The notes under the pieces: generated by a model
Told to the model about the DNA's origin: nothing
Databases searched by the model: none
What the model saw: the letters and a program-made list of their open reading frames with translations, nothing else
Made by a program: the position numbers and the translations under genes
Assembly: GCF_964355755.1 (NCBI RefSeq)
Contig: NC_092675.1
Coordinates: 5,265,812-5,329,811, forward strand
Source: Antedon mediterranea
Lineage: Eukaryota > Animalia > Echinodermata
Reading direction: 5' to 3'
DNA: 64,000 nt
In this document: piece by piece, positions 52,197-64,000 of the stretch
Position numbering within the stretch: the stretch's first letter is position 1
Layout of the letters: each line of letters starts with the position of its first letter

Positions 52197-53895
52197 TCAC
52201 ATTGGTTTACATGAAGGAGATATTTCATTTGTTTTTGTTTTATTACCAATTAAATACATTGGATGTGGTTGGAATAGTTGTCTCTGTACGTGACGTATTG
52301 CGTGTGCATTGACGGGGAATGGACGCCAAAGCGTCGGAGTTGCACGTAACGGTGGTAGTTCAGTAACTAACGGAGACGGTTCGTGAATAATGGTATCTTC
52401 TGATATGATTAACTCAGGAGGTGCTCTGATTTCTATTGGGCATTTGCATTGCGGATGTTGCGGTGACACTTCGCTGGTGTACCTTGAATCAAAGAACAAC
52501 GGATATGCCATCATCGAAGAGGAGGGCTGCGTTACGTGTAACGCTTTCGGTGGTTTTGCGTTCGAATAATTGGTGAACTTTCTATAGTAATCTTCATTTG
52601 TATTAACTTGTTCTGTTTCTTGTCGGGTAAGTAAAAAATGTACGATCTTTTGGTATTTCTCGTCTGATGGGGTTATACCTTCAACTTCTGTTAGATAACG
52701 AATTACCTCTTTTAGACAATCGTTGAAGCCTGCGTTGTATTGGTTATTAGGCATTCCATCAAGCTTACTAAACTTGGTTTCCGACCCTAAAATGAAAAAT
52801 AAACTTTGTTTCTGAAGATTAGGCCTAACTTCCATAAAATTACTCTTCACTTATACTATAATTATGTAGGCCTACCTGTTTCGAATCGACCAGCTATTCC
52901 ACAACGCTGTAAAACACGTAGATATTTGACCGTCATCTCAAGTATTTCGGCTTTTTCCAGTTTACCAGATGTCTAAATAAATTGAATATAGTTACGATTT
53001 ATAATGTTATTATTTGATTGTTAAAAAGTAGTTTAATTGATGTTTAAGAAAGTGTGTCTAACATACTCTACTACATTTTATTTAATTCATTTAATTTTAT
53101 TCAATCGAAACCAACAGCGATAATTACCGCCACTAACATGTTTGATACAAACAAAGTCAGGACTGTTTAAAGAACCTTAACATTGATATATCACTACTAA
53201 CGCTTTCTGAAACTGTTTTGTCATAGCCTAATGAAACCAGAATATTAGTCTTACAAAACGTACGTACCTGTTTAGCAAAGATAGACGGGACGGCCTGACT
53301 GAGTTCAGCTAAGCAACTATTAATTCGATCCCGGCGTCGCTTTTCTATCACTTTATGTGAAGTTTGTTCCTGAAATAAAATAGAGATATATTACTTTCTA
53401 TTTTTTTTTTTTAATGCATGCCTTCTAACTTCTTGAACAAATTAGTTTAATTTAATTTTTGTCAATTAATTATTATTAATTTATTGAATTAAATAGGTTA
53501 TGGACTGTATTTGTTTTCGTCAGAAGTACAACTTTGGCTTCGCATTCCATCTAGGACTACTTTTCTGCACACCCACTGCAAATGCTCATAAAGCGTGGTT
53601 CCCACTAGCGACTCAACGTAACGCAATCTACGCAACATAAGAAAATGCCCTTCTGAAAATTGTGTTTCCCCCGCCTGCGTGAAATCAAAACGTGATGTTT
53701 GCAGCACTTGTGATTACGCAATACAGCACTTTGCGTCGATACCTCGCTGCGTTGCGTTTTAGTGGGAACCAAGCTTTACACGGAAAAGAACAACATTGAT
53801 ATACCAAGCTACATTGTATAATAATATAACGTATCTAAAATAAAATATATAATACTAATAATACTTACTGAACGTTCACGCTTCCTGCTAATCAT
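52197..53895 (-). CDS. HELT: HELT/Megane-like bHLH-Orange transcription factor, 271 aa, 4 exons
   Basis: Exons 53895-53869, 53369-53268, 52972-52876, 52786-52197 (816 nt). [62 protein letters not shown], then Orange domain YNAGFNDCLKEVIRYLTEVE. The basic region lacks the HES proline and HEY glycine, as in HELT. Confidence 0.85.
53095..53178 (-). mobile_element. 5'-truncated copy of the 5S-derived SINE (tail only)
   Basis: Reverse complement matches 50692-50775 with few substitutions. In HELT intron 2. Confidence 0.8.
53590..53777. mobile_element. MITE family B copy
   Basis: TIRs AAAGCGTGGTTCCCACTA / TAGTGGGAACCAAGCTTT with internal ACGCA repeats. In HELT intron 1. Confidence 0.8.
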
Positions 53896-54099
53896 ATTAA
53901 AAGTAATGATAGAGATGATTAAAAAGAATAAATATCCAAGTATTAGGCCTACTCTCTATCTCCTGTGGTTGTCTCGTGGTTGGACCGCTCTCTTTCTCTG
54001 ATCGTCTTTGATTGCTAAACGTTGCTGCATCGTCTGTCGTAATATTGAATTCAGCATCAGTTATTAGCGGTGACAAGTGTTAATTTTCGCCCGATGGAT

Positions 54100-54260
54100 C
54101 CTCTTTCTCACGACATCCCGTCGTTGTGCTCTACTGTTCTGTGCACGGGTTCGTGGTTTCGCTTTATTAGTTCTATTGTTTAGTCGAGGATGTTGCAAGC
54201 CGTCCACAACCAGCTTGAAAACTCACGCGTGGTTGCGTTTTGCACATTTTTATATAATAT
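54100..54260 (-). promoter_or_regulatory. candidate HELT core promoter
   Basis: Minus-strand TATATAAAAA (54247-54256), CACGCGTG (54224-54231) and Su(H)/CSL consensus CGTGAGAA (54105-54112). Confidence 0.45.
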
Positions 54261-57014
54261 CATCGTGTGAATCCATATAATGAATAAACCATATACATTT
54301 ATTTATTTCCATCACTTTTTTTTTAGTGTAGGCTAATGCTATGATGTTTTATAAATCAAAAAGGCAAATTTCTAACGGACCGTATAATTCTGATAAACAG
54401 TCTAGTACTAAATGTTAATAAATAGAAACTGGTATCATTATTACGAATATATATTTAACCATTTACGATTATAAATCATTTAATTTTTAATCTTAGATAA
54501 TCGTTTTGATACCAGAGCTACCGCCTCTGATGTAAATTCTGTTTCATTGAGGTAAGTTGTAGGCTATGTATCACTCGCCTGCACCCCATTATGATGTGGG
54601 GGGGGGGGGGACTAGTGATTGGTTGTGTAGATTAAGAGTAATCATGGACTGTATTTAAATTATATGTTGTAGTTGTTATATTCGGAGAAGGGGAGGGAGG
54701 GGAATGAATTTGTTTTATTACATGTTACCGTATGTAGATTAAGTAAAATTAAGATGTTTTTGTCTATTTTGTGCTTTCATTTAGTATATATTGTTGTTGG
54801 ACGCAACTTCAAAATGTGAAGTGTGCCACTGTTACAAAAGTGAAGAACCGAAATAAATTATTATTTATTTATTATGAATTTTCCCACCAATAGGCCTTAA
54901 CTATTATGAATTTGGTAGCATTGCAAAAAACAAGAACATTTTTTTGTTTCAATAGTATACCATATTATAAACGAAATAATATCATATTATAATTACAAGA
55001 ATACATAATGAGAATTAAGACTGAACCATCCGTTAATACGTTTCTAATAATAATAATAATAATACGTTTCTAATAATAGGCTAATAGTGTTCTGACTCCA
55101 TATGGCCACTTGAATACACCCGCCCCTTATCCATTCAGTTTGTGCTTCCAAGGTTATTTATTCAATCATTTAATTAAAGCCGCGATAAACCATTGAGATT
55201 CAACGATCATTTGTATCCAACCAATTATTTATCAAGCTTAGCTGCTAACTCGTCATAGCTAGATACTTGCTTAACAACTGACAGTATATTATAAATGTTA
55301 ACGGACTTCAATGATTGGTCGCCATTGAAGTGTAAGTAATGACTAAACGGGATGTCATCTAGTACGCACGCGTGGCCTCACGTGCCGACGTTCTCTCACA
55401 CGTGAAGTGTTAAATACAGTGGGCGCTAAAAGCGTGTACATTGTCATTTTCATGCTTAATTGATTATACTCTACAAACGTTTGATTTTGTTTTTGTTTTC
55501 AGCACCGTCCGTCCCGGTGTCCTCTTGTAACATATGTGTTGAGACAATATTCAATGATGACATTATAAGTTTTCAGAATTAACAATTGAAACCATTATAA
55601 ATGTTTCTTTGTTATACTATTCTATCGGTCATTGATTAAAGTGCGCGGGGTATCGTAAACTAGTCTTACTGTATATAACAGTGAAGCCTATACAGCGATC
55701 TTCACTGCAGCATTTCGACGTAATAACTCAATATAAACACTGCAAGTCATCGAATGATAATATCAATGAAATGGTTTATTTGAATATGAGATTTTTTGTT
55801 TGTAACATTACTGAAAGTCATCGAATGCAAGAATTCCGGAGAAAGACATTTTTTTATATAACTGAATCATCTTTTTTTTATACATTATGATTTTCTGTAT
55901 TATATCTCTAAAAAAAAAAATATTTATATATCAAATATCAGAAATTATGTTTTACTCAAATATGAATATGAAAGAAATAAATGTTTATTTGATTGATTGA
56001 TTGATTGATTGATCTACTATCTATGTAACATTATTGATCATATGATACAAAGTGGTAATCTTATTATATAGCATTACATTGGAGAGAGGAGGCAAATGTT
56101 TGGAGACGCGACCCAGTCAATTTTCGGTGTCATTTGTTTACCACCGAGCATAAGAGTATCATGCTGTTAAAGGAAAGCATATGCAACGATATATGTATAT
56201 ATATTTATTGATAAAGAAAACGCATACATATAAAACGTTACAATATAATACATACATTTCACATCAAAGTATTGTTATAATTGATCTCTATAAGAGTTAT
56301 TAAATTAAGTTGGCCTATTTTTCCAAAAATACTAACCTTCCGTGGATGAATATTACGAGGTTCATTCAATATCATTGTAGAAAAACATGTATTATATTGA
56401 TCTTTATTAAAATTATTGATGCGAAAATAAAGATGATAAGGATATGACGATGTTTATGATGGTGATAATTATTACCTGGATATAGTAACCAATAATTGTA
56501 TCCCAGTACAATTTCTAAAATAATAAATATCTTGAAAAATAACATTTTAGTGAAACTAGAGTTACTTATTTAAAAAAATTACGGTACTGAAGTAGGCTTT
56601 AAACAAGCAATGTCAATACTTATTTACAAGTTTTATGAAATATTGCTGTTATTTTAATGCTTTAAATCGACCTTTTTAGAATACTTAGCTACAGTAAGTA
56701 TAGTTTTCAATATGTCAGTTATTACGTGAGAAAACCTATTAAAGTATTAAGATTTCTCTACTCAATCATGTTACATACATACAACAAATTAGTTATTTAT
56801 ATCCTTATTTTTATCAATATAATATTCAATTCAAGGCAGTACAGTATTACACCCTTTTAGGAAAGAAGACCCTCATTTCTTTGGTAATTTTTTTCAAATT
56901 ATCATTACAAATCTATACCATTCCAACCCACCGAATGAAATGCAACGCAAAATAATCATATTCAATATAAATAGATGTAGTTTATCAACATTAGATTAAT
57001 TCGGTAGGTAATTG

Positions 57015-57223
57015 AAGCGTGGTTCCAACGTAACGCAACGCAACGACGAATTGACGCAAAGTTCTGTATTGCGTAATCACAAGTGGGAGCCGACGACGCA
57101 ACAGTGCTGCAAAAATCGCAGGTTTGATTTCACGCAGGCGGGGGCAAACACAATTATTGGAAGGGCATTTTCTTACGTTGCGTAGATTGCGTTACGTTGC
57201 GTCGCTAGTGAGAACCAAGCTTT
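57015..57223. mobile_element. MITE family B copy, inverted relative to 53590-53777
   Basis: Same TIRs. Internal GATTTCACGCAGGCGGGG..GAAGGGCATTTTCTT is the reverse complement of the 53590 copy. Confidence 0.8.
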
Positions 57224-57251
57224 AGATAATCAATAACGTTTCCCACAAAAA

Positions 57252-60200
57252 TCATCTGCTCATATCTGATCGGAAGGTTTCGCTAATAAACCGATGGTAA
57301 TTAATCTTCCCATCCATGTATTCGTCAAAGTCGGACATGACGTGATAGACCTCTTCTTCGTTTAATACAATATTACAAAGTTTTAGTGTATTTCTGAATT
57401 CTGGTACGGTCAGATACCCTGTGTTGCCTTTGTCAAGTTTTTTGAACGCTCGACGTAAATTCCGCCAATCTCCCACCAACTGAAAAAAAGGATAGAAACA
57501 CGTTAGGTTTTGCCGAATAATAGGCATACTTTCTAAAATATAAATGAAACCATGACTTTGGTATTTACTGCTGTTCAAGAAAAACATAATTGAAAGGTAA
57601 ATTAAACTTGTTTTAGACTAATTAAAATGATAAACACATTAACCAAACGTTTGGTCAGAATGATTTGCTGCACCCAATTATCGTACGGTATCATGTCTAG
57701 GGACAATAAACAGACGATACCACTAGGTATAATTGCAGTGGTATTGAGTCAAAGTCGTCCATACATACGCATTTTCAGGTTGTGAAAAAAAGACACGTAA
57801 ATCAATATAGGTAAAGTTAAGTCCGTGTTCATTTTTATCGTAGAGGAATGAGCTGTTAGGAGATCATTGTACTAATCCTCGGAATTATGTGGTTGCGTGG
57901 CCAGTTCCTCTCCACGCCGCATTTTTCTCCCTAGTATTCTCTACCAGGTACTCATTTACAGCTGAGTGGACTGGCAGTTGTCATGAATTGAACTCTGTAT
58001 GACAGTCAAGTGTCCTAAACACTCGGCTATCCAACCAGAATAATCAGATGATAATAAAATGTGATGATGTCTACCTTTTGTCGCAATTTGGCCGTTATTC
58101 CAGTTAGTCCCTTGTGCGGTTCGTTGACAATAGGAGCAATCGGTACCTCGGATTGAGGATGCGTCAGAACATCTAACATGTTGTTACCATATCGATGAGT
58201 TTGTTTTCGAAGAGCAAATGGTTTTAGGAATTCAATGTATGAAACCCTGAAAGGAAATAGTTAATGATAATGACGTAATGTGTATCATATAAACATTGAA
58301 GAAGGACGATGAATTATTCCCAATCATTTCCTCCAAGCTCTCTTAATTATAACATACGAGTTTAAAATCGTGTAGTATAGTCGGGGTTCGTGTCTCATTC
58401 TCTAAATTGGGTACTGTAGAATGTGCGAAAAACACAGTCATGAAAACAAATATGTAGGCTTACTATTGTTTCTGGATCAACCATAACAGGTAATGAACAA
58501 GGGTTAAAGAAGAAGCCTTTAAGACAATATACATGGTTCTAAGGTGGGCCGCAAACCTACAATACGATCTTCAGTTGAATACTACGGAAAATGGTATCTT
58601 ACCTGCCATCTCTATTTATATCAAACTTCTTGCAAAGAATATCCAACTCGAGATGGTTGAGCTGAATACAGAGTTCTTGCAGAACGTCTCTGAACTCCTC
58701 TCTTGTTATGTAACCGGTGCCAAACTTGTCCAAATTCAGAAATTCTGTTCTAAGATCGTTCCACATGTAATCGACCTTTGATCTCAGGTTGTCTTCTAAC
58801 ATGTCGCCTGCGCAGTTCAGCTTACGCGAACGAATCAGAAAATCGGCATCACCTCTTTTCGGTGGCATGATCTTTGCATTTGGGAATGCGGATTCCTGGG
58901 GATTATATACAAAATGACGAACAAATTGCTGAAAGTCGAGCATACGATTTTGAGTAGTGATAAACGTATCCCAAAGTCTACTGATTTCTCCTCTTGTTAC
59001 CTCTGGCTTCACTCCAAGTCTACAAAGCAAAACAATAATTTATTCAGGTCGCTTTTAATGAAACATAAATCAGTTTGAAAACGTTTAAGATATACCTTAT
59101 GGTATTCTGTCAATAACTTCTATCACGGGAGACTGTATTTCGTATACTTAGTGTTACAAGTATGGATTTCCGGAATCATAATTATCTAGTCTTGGAGAGG
59201 AATGTTTTATCTTAAATTTATAATCTACCACTTACTTTTTTAACATATAGTACATCGTCGATTGTGTCAGTTTCTTTGTGTTTGATTCGTCGAGCTCGTT
59301 AAAGGCAGCTTCTACGTCATGATAACGTTCTCTTACTAATTTCTTCAGCATTAAAGAGAGCTATTTAAAAGAAGTAATAAAATAGATCAATAATGATGAC
59401 GAACAATATGTTTGTTTGTGTGCATACATATTATATTTCCTTTTCCCATTTCGATGTTCTGTTTGAAAGCAAAATGGGCAACCAATCATAGCTCAGGAAT
59501 GTCCGATTACATTACAACCTATTCTGGATTTCAGACGGAGTTTTGACTTAATATATTAGTAAAAAGATAAATATTTTGGCAGATATGACGTTTCACTACT
59601 TGAGCTTGTATATTTCAGACAAACACAGACTACAGACTTGGGGCAAGTCTAATTACACCCTGAAAGAAATATATAGCATGTCAAATGTAGTAGACGCTAC
59701 TCTAATATCAGTATACAATCGACTAAATTCGCGTACCATTTAACAAGGATTATTATAGATAAAAAGGTACACAGTGAGTTTTTTTTAGACACGTCACAAC
59801 TAAACAATCAATATATTACCTGTTCGTTCGATCGACCCTTCTTGAACTCTCTAAAGTCCATAGGTTTGCTGTATTCTTCGGGTTCTTCTGTCTCCATTAG
59901 CTCTTCTGGTTCTTCTCGTTCTTCTCGGTAGTACTCGGACTTTGTGTCAAACAAACTCGGAGCACCGATGTTTCTAAGAAAATAACAGTATATGTTTATG
60001 TGAGTGCAAGTTACTTATGCCTACATTGTAGACCTCGAATACCATTTGAAATAATGCGCACCGCTCTGAATGTTACGAATTTTGGATCCAGAACCGTCAC
60101 GCGAACAGTAACTAACGTGTAGCAATGTTGGCCCCTAAAATATAATTAAAAATTACCTGGTGTCAAATTGCGCCATGAATTGTGGGTATTTTACGTTTCC

Positions 60201-63200
60201 TTCGTCGTCAAGAGGTAAATTATCAACAAGAGTAGCGTACTCGTCATCAGACATGTCGATACCAAAGCGGCTTTCAATCGCAGCTCTAAACTCCTCCTGC
60301 GACAACACGTCTGTGTGCATTTTGTCAATTTTACTGAAAGAATAAAATCAAAATTGTTGTTAAATAAGTAATATGAGAGGTATCAATTAAATTACGATAT
60401 TACATCGAACCAAAATTTTGCGTCATTGGCAGGTGTAACTTTCCAAATAATCAAATAGGAAATAGTAACGATCCCAGTATATTTTAAAACAGGTTATTAT
60501 AAAACGAAACCAATCATTGGGCAACGCACCACACTCGGGCGGAAATTTTTGCTTGTGGATCCTCAAAAGTGGGCATTTGGTTGAGAGATTGCATCACCTT
60601 AGCCCCAGCTGGCCGGGTAAGTTTTACCTAACATTCCTATATAACATAATTCTCCACATCGTTTGTTTAGGTTGGCGCCAGATACAGTAACAATAAACCG
60701 ATTAGACGTAGGCCTACATTCCATAAACAATCGTTAAAAACATGATGGAATTACGTATACAGTGGTTAGGCCTATTGCAGGGAAGAGTGAAACTACGTTT
60801 TACTTTTCCCGGGTTATAGTATTAAACGTTGTTGTATACAACAAATACTTACTGAAAGGTTCCGAGTAATGATAAGAATTCCGCTTGGAACATTGACATC
60901 AATTTGGTCTCTACGGCAGTTATTGTTGTGCAAGCACCAGGGCTACCACTTCGTTCGCTTTTGTTGTATCTATTAAATCAATAAAAACGTTTTTAGAATC
61001 AACTTAGTACTGTGTTTCCAAACTTTGGTATCATACTGGACTAATAAATTCATGGTTTTATTCTGTAGCAATATCATGCCGCTGCCGGCCATACATATTA
61101 TCACATAGGATCGCTCTACAGATGCACACCACCGTTTTTGTACTTATACTTTGCTTTGCAATAAGAAAAGAACGTTTTTAGATATCATTACACGAAGTGC
61201 GCATGTGTGACAAGCGAGGAAACGGTTAACTTTTTGCAATCACTGCACATATATAAAGTACGTCCTACCTATGCTTAGGATTTGCCAAAATCTTGTGCGG
61301 AATTCCTTCTTCGCTCCTGTCCTGAAATCGCTGAAGGAACTCTCTGTATGACACTCTGCCGTCTTTTCTACTGGTAATAGAGCACCGTGCCAAAAAATCG
61401 TTCAGCTGTTTATTGTCCAATTTTAATTCAAACTTTGCAAGAATTCTCTGAAAATCCATTCGGTCAATCTATAAAATTAAGGCATATCATAATATACATG
61501 TTGATCATTAACAATGTCTAAACACGTAACATATACCTTTTCTCTTACTGTTAATGTTAATGCTATATTACGTCATAATATACAAAGTAAACGCATTAAA
61601 TTTGTATCGTGCAATATTGATGAATTCGTTTACCTCTCCAGTTCCCTGTGGGTCGCGATTACTAAATTCCTTTTTCATCTTCTTAAATCCCTCTCTGAAT
61701 TTGTTCTTTAACCAATTCTCGACATCTAGAGATTTTGCTCGATCTACCTCGGACTTCTTTAGAGTTCTTCGCGCTGAAAGAAAAATAAAATGTTATCATG
61801 AGCAATCGTATATTGATATATACAACATAATTGTTATTTATTATAATGATAGTACTGTAACTTACGAGATGTTCTATCACCGCTTCGTGGGCTTAATTGA
61901 CTTTCCAATGGACGTTTTCGTGTTGCTTGTCCATTTTCTGCACCAGAACTAAAAGATATGCCTAACTTGTTCATTAGTTTTACGCCGTTTATGACACCGC
62001 ATCCATTCTCATCATACCTGTGAATAAAGGTGGTAAATATAATGATTAGAAGAATTTGTCGAATTTTTAAGAACTTATTTACCTGGCGCCCTCTATATCG
62101 TCACACAATTAATGTTGTAAATCGTACCTTGAAATTGCGTGCTGCGCTTACTCGATTGCGCCAATTAGTCGACAACAGGTTATTTAATTATCTTATTCTC
62201 TTATATCAACATGTCCTTATAAAGTTTAAAACCAGTTGCAATTGAAGTAAAAGTTCAAGGTATCGGATATAGAACATATTTGAACAACACAACAAATTGT
62301 ATATTTTCCGCACATGGAAAGAAAATGGTGTCGTTCTTTTTATAATGTGTGAGCCTAGCAATTGATAGGCTTATACAATCCAACAATGATCAATCGTTAC
62401 CATAGAAGTGAATAATAAATTGTATGCGTACTTGGACCAGAGCTTTTCGAATTCGTCATCATCCATATAAAATAACAATTTGTTGAGAGCGTTTCTAAAT
62501 TCTGGTTTTAAGATTCGCCCACTACCACCTGGATTTATCTGCGGTATTAACTCAGCAATATGAACTAGTCTGGAAAAAAAATGAATTTTTAATGAATGAA
62601 GGAAATATTTTATAAATTTAGAAGTGGCTAATTTTGAGAAAGTCGATGACGACCAACATAACTTTCGATTTTACAACGCGACACCAAGTTAGACGTTACA
62701 ACCAATAGCTAGCTAAGCATGCGTGCAACCCTCAAGCCAACCCCGCGCGCTAAAACATTGTGTAGACAAGCTAGTTACGCCTCGTGCCTCTTCGTAGTCT
62801 TCAGTTATAGGCCTACACACTTGCTGAAATGATTAGATAAAAAAAAATCGAAGATATATCAAATTCTTATATTTTTCTGCATTGAAAATGACACAATGTT
62901 CATGTTACCTTTGTCGAGCCTTTTCCTTTAGCTGCGCGTGCACTTGCGCTGACGTCATTGTAAGTTTATCCAGGTTATGTCGATTTATGGGATCAAGCCA
63001 AGACGGTAGATCATTGTTGACAGTTTCTCTAAAACATGCATGGAACTCTTCTAGACGAATCACTTGCTTGTCACCAAGATTTAATCTAAACATGATTACA
63101 CAAACATAAAGAATATTATAAGATAATGTATTTTGTATAGGTTGTATATCAATACGTAAGCAGGTAAAGCTTGGTTCCCACTAGACGCAACGCAAAGGTA

Positions 63201-63733
63201 ACCCGCAACGCAAGCGAATTGACCAATCACAAGCAACAGTTTGAATAATCAATCTATTTTGATTGGTCAAATCACTTGCGTTACGTCCTTGCGTTGCATC
63301 CTAGTGGGAACCAAGCTTACAACTTGATTCCCGTTGTTCAGTTCTGGTACATGAGATAGGATCGACATACGTATTTGTGCATTTGGTAACAAGCCATCGT
63401 TGTAACTAAATTACGTGAACAATAACGTTTTTAGTGATACGTCACAGTCAATATAAAAAACCCAAGACTACAGTTTATGACGACATTACGTTTAATACAT
63501 TTAATATGATCATAATTTTAATAGAATGACGTAACGCTTTTAAATGACGTAACTTACCTAATCAGCAATAGGTTGAAATGCTTGGTGCTAAGGAATCGAC
63601 CAAGGAATGCAGTGAGCGCCCGATGGAGAGCCTCGCGAGCCAGGTTACCTCTGCCTTCGGGATCGTTCGCAATGAATAACTTTTTAATGTCGTAGTAATT
63701 TTTCTTTAACTTTTCTCGTAAAATCATCTCCAA
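57252..63733 (-). CDS. EFCAB6: multi-EF-hand calcium-binding protein, EFCAB6-like; 5' end outside window
   Basis: 13 phase-consistent exons: 63733-63558, 63085-62909, 62569-62432, 62017-61866, 61773-61634, 61468-61269, 60969-60853, 60333-60157, 59973-59820, 59360-59236, 59019-58603, 58246-58075, 57479-57252. Repeated EF-hand pairs (DKFGTGYITREEF, DINRDGRVSYIEF, DKGNTGYLTVPEF) and the motif AFPNAKIMPPKRGDADFLIRSRKLN. Confidence 0.88.
57870..58032 (-). mobile_element. degenerate tRNA-derived SINE
   Basis: Minus strand GGATAGCCGAGTGTTTAGGACAC (A-box-like) and core CCAGTCCACTCAGCTGTAAATGAGTACCTGG, typical of conserved SINE central domains. Confidence 0.55.
63166..63318. mobile_element. MITE family B copy
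   Basis: TIRs AAGCTTGGTTCCCACTAG..CGCAACGCAA / TTGCGTTGCATCCTAGTGGGAACCAAGCTT. Confidence 0.82.
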
Positions 63734-63825
63734 CTGAAAATGATATTTGTAATGAAAAGTGATAAAAATACAGAACAAACATATCCTCTAAATTATGTAT
63801 GGTAAAGTTCTGCCCATAATTAAAA

Positions 63826-64000
63826 GGCCGAGCGGTTAAGACAGTGGAACCGCAATTACGTAGCCATAACATCGGCATGGGTTCGAGGCTCACTCACTCC
63901 ATGGTTCTGGTGGTAGAACGAGTCTTCTCGGATAAGGACTATAAACCGTAGGTCCAGTGTACACATCTAGCTCGTGTGCACTTTAAAGAACCTAGTACAT
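63826..64000 (+). mobile_element. SINE with Deu-domain-like core, runs off window end
   Basis: Near-identical to the reverse complement of 40166-40340. Confidence 0.85.

Overview
AT-rich, intron-containing animal genomic DNA, not prokaryotic. It is most likely an invertebrate deuterostome such as an echinoderm, which is an inference from gene content and SINE types. Most entries in the ORF track are noise or single exons. Manual GT-AG splicing with consistent exon phases gives seven genes: the 3' part of a RUN/FYVE gene (RUFY2-like, +); an 8-exon secreted protein with three cystine-knot-like repeats that I call pinhead (+); directly downstream, a 4-exon ADMP-type BMP ligand (+); CHCHD1 (-) head-to-head with METTL14 (+); a HELT-like bHLH-Orange factor (-); and the 3' 13 exons of an EFCAB6-like gene (-). 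The biological highlight is the intact pinhead-admp tandem pair with candidate Smad and T-box sites. This linkage is already known in other animals, so it is not a new system. Other notable structure: a Helentron/HINE-like element nested in another copy of itself, local duplications of splice sites (one offers an in-frame 38-aa METTL14 extension), a Harbinger derivative with a decayed Myb/SANT gene, a 5S-derived SINE, Deu-domain-like SINEs, two MITE families, a foldback element and minisatellites. I found no clearly undescribed biological system. All family names come from motif recognition, not database searches.
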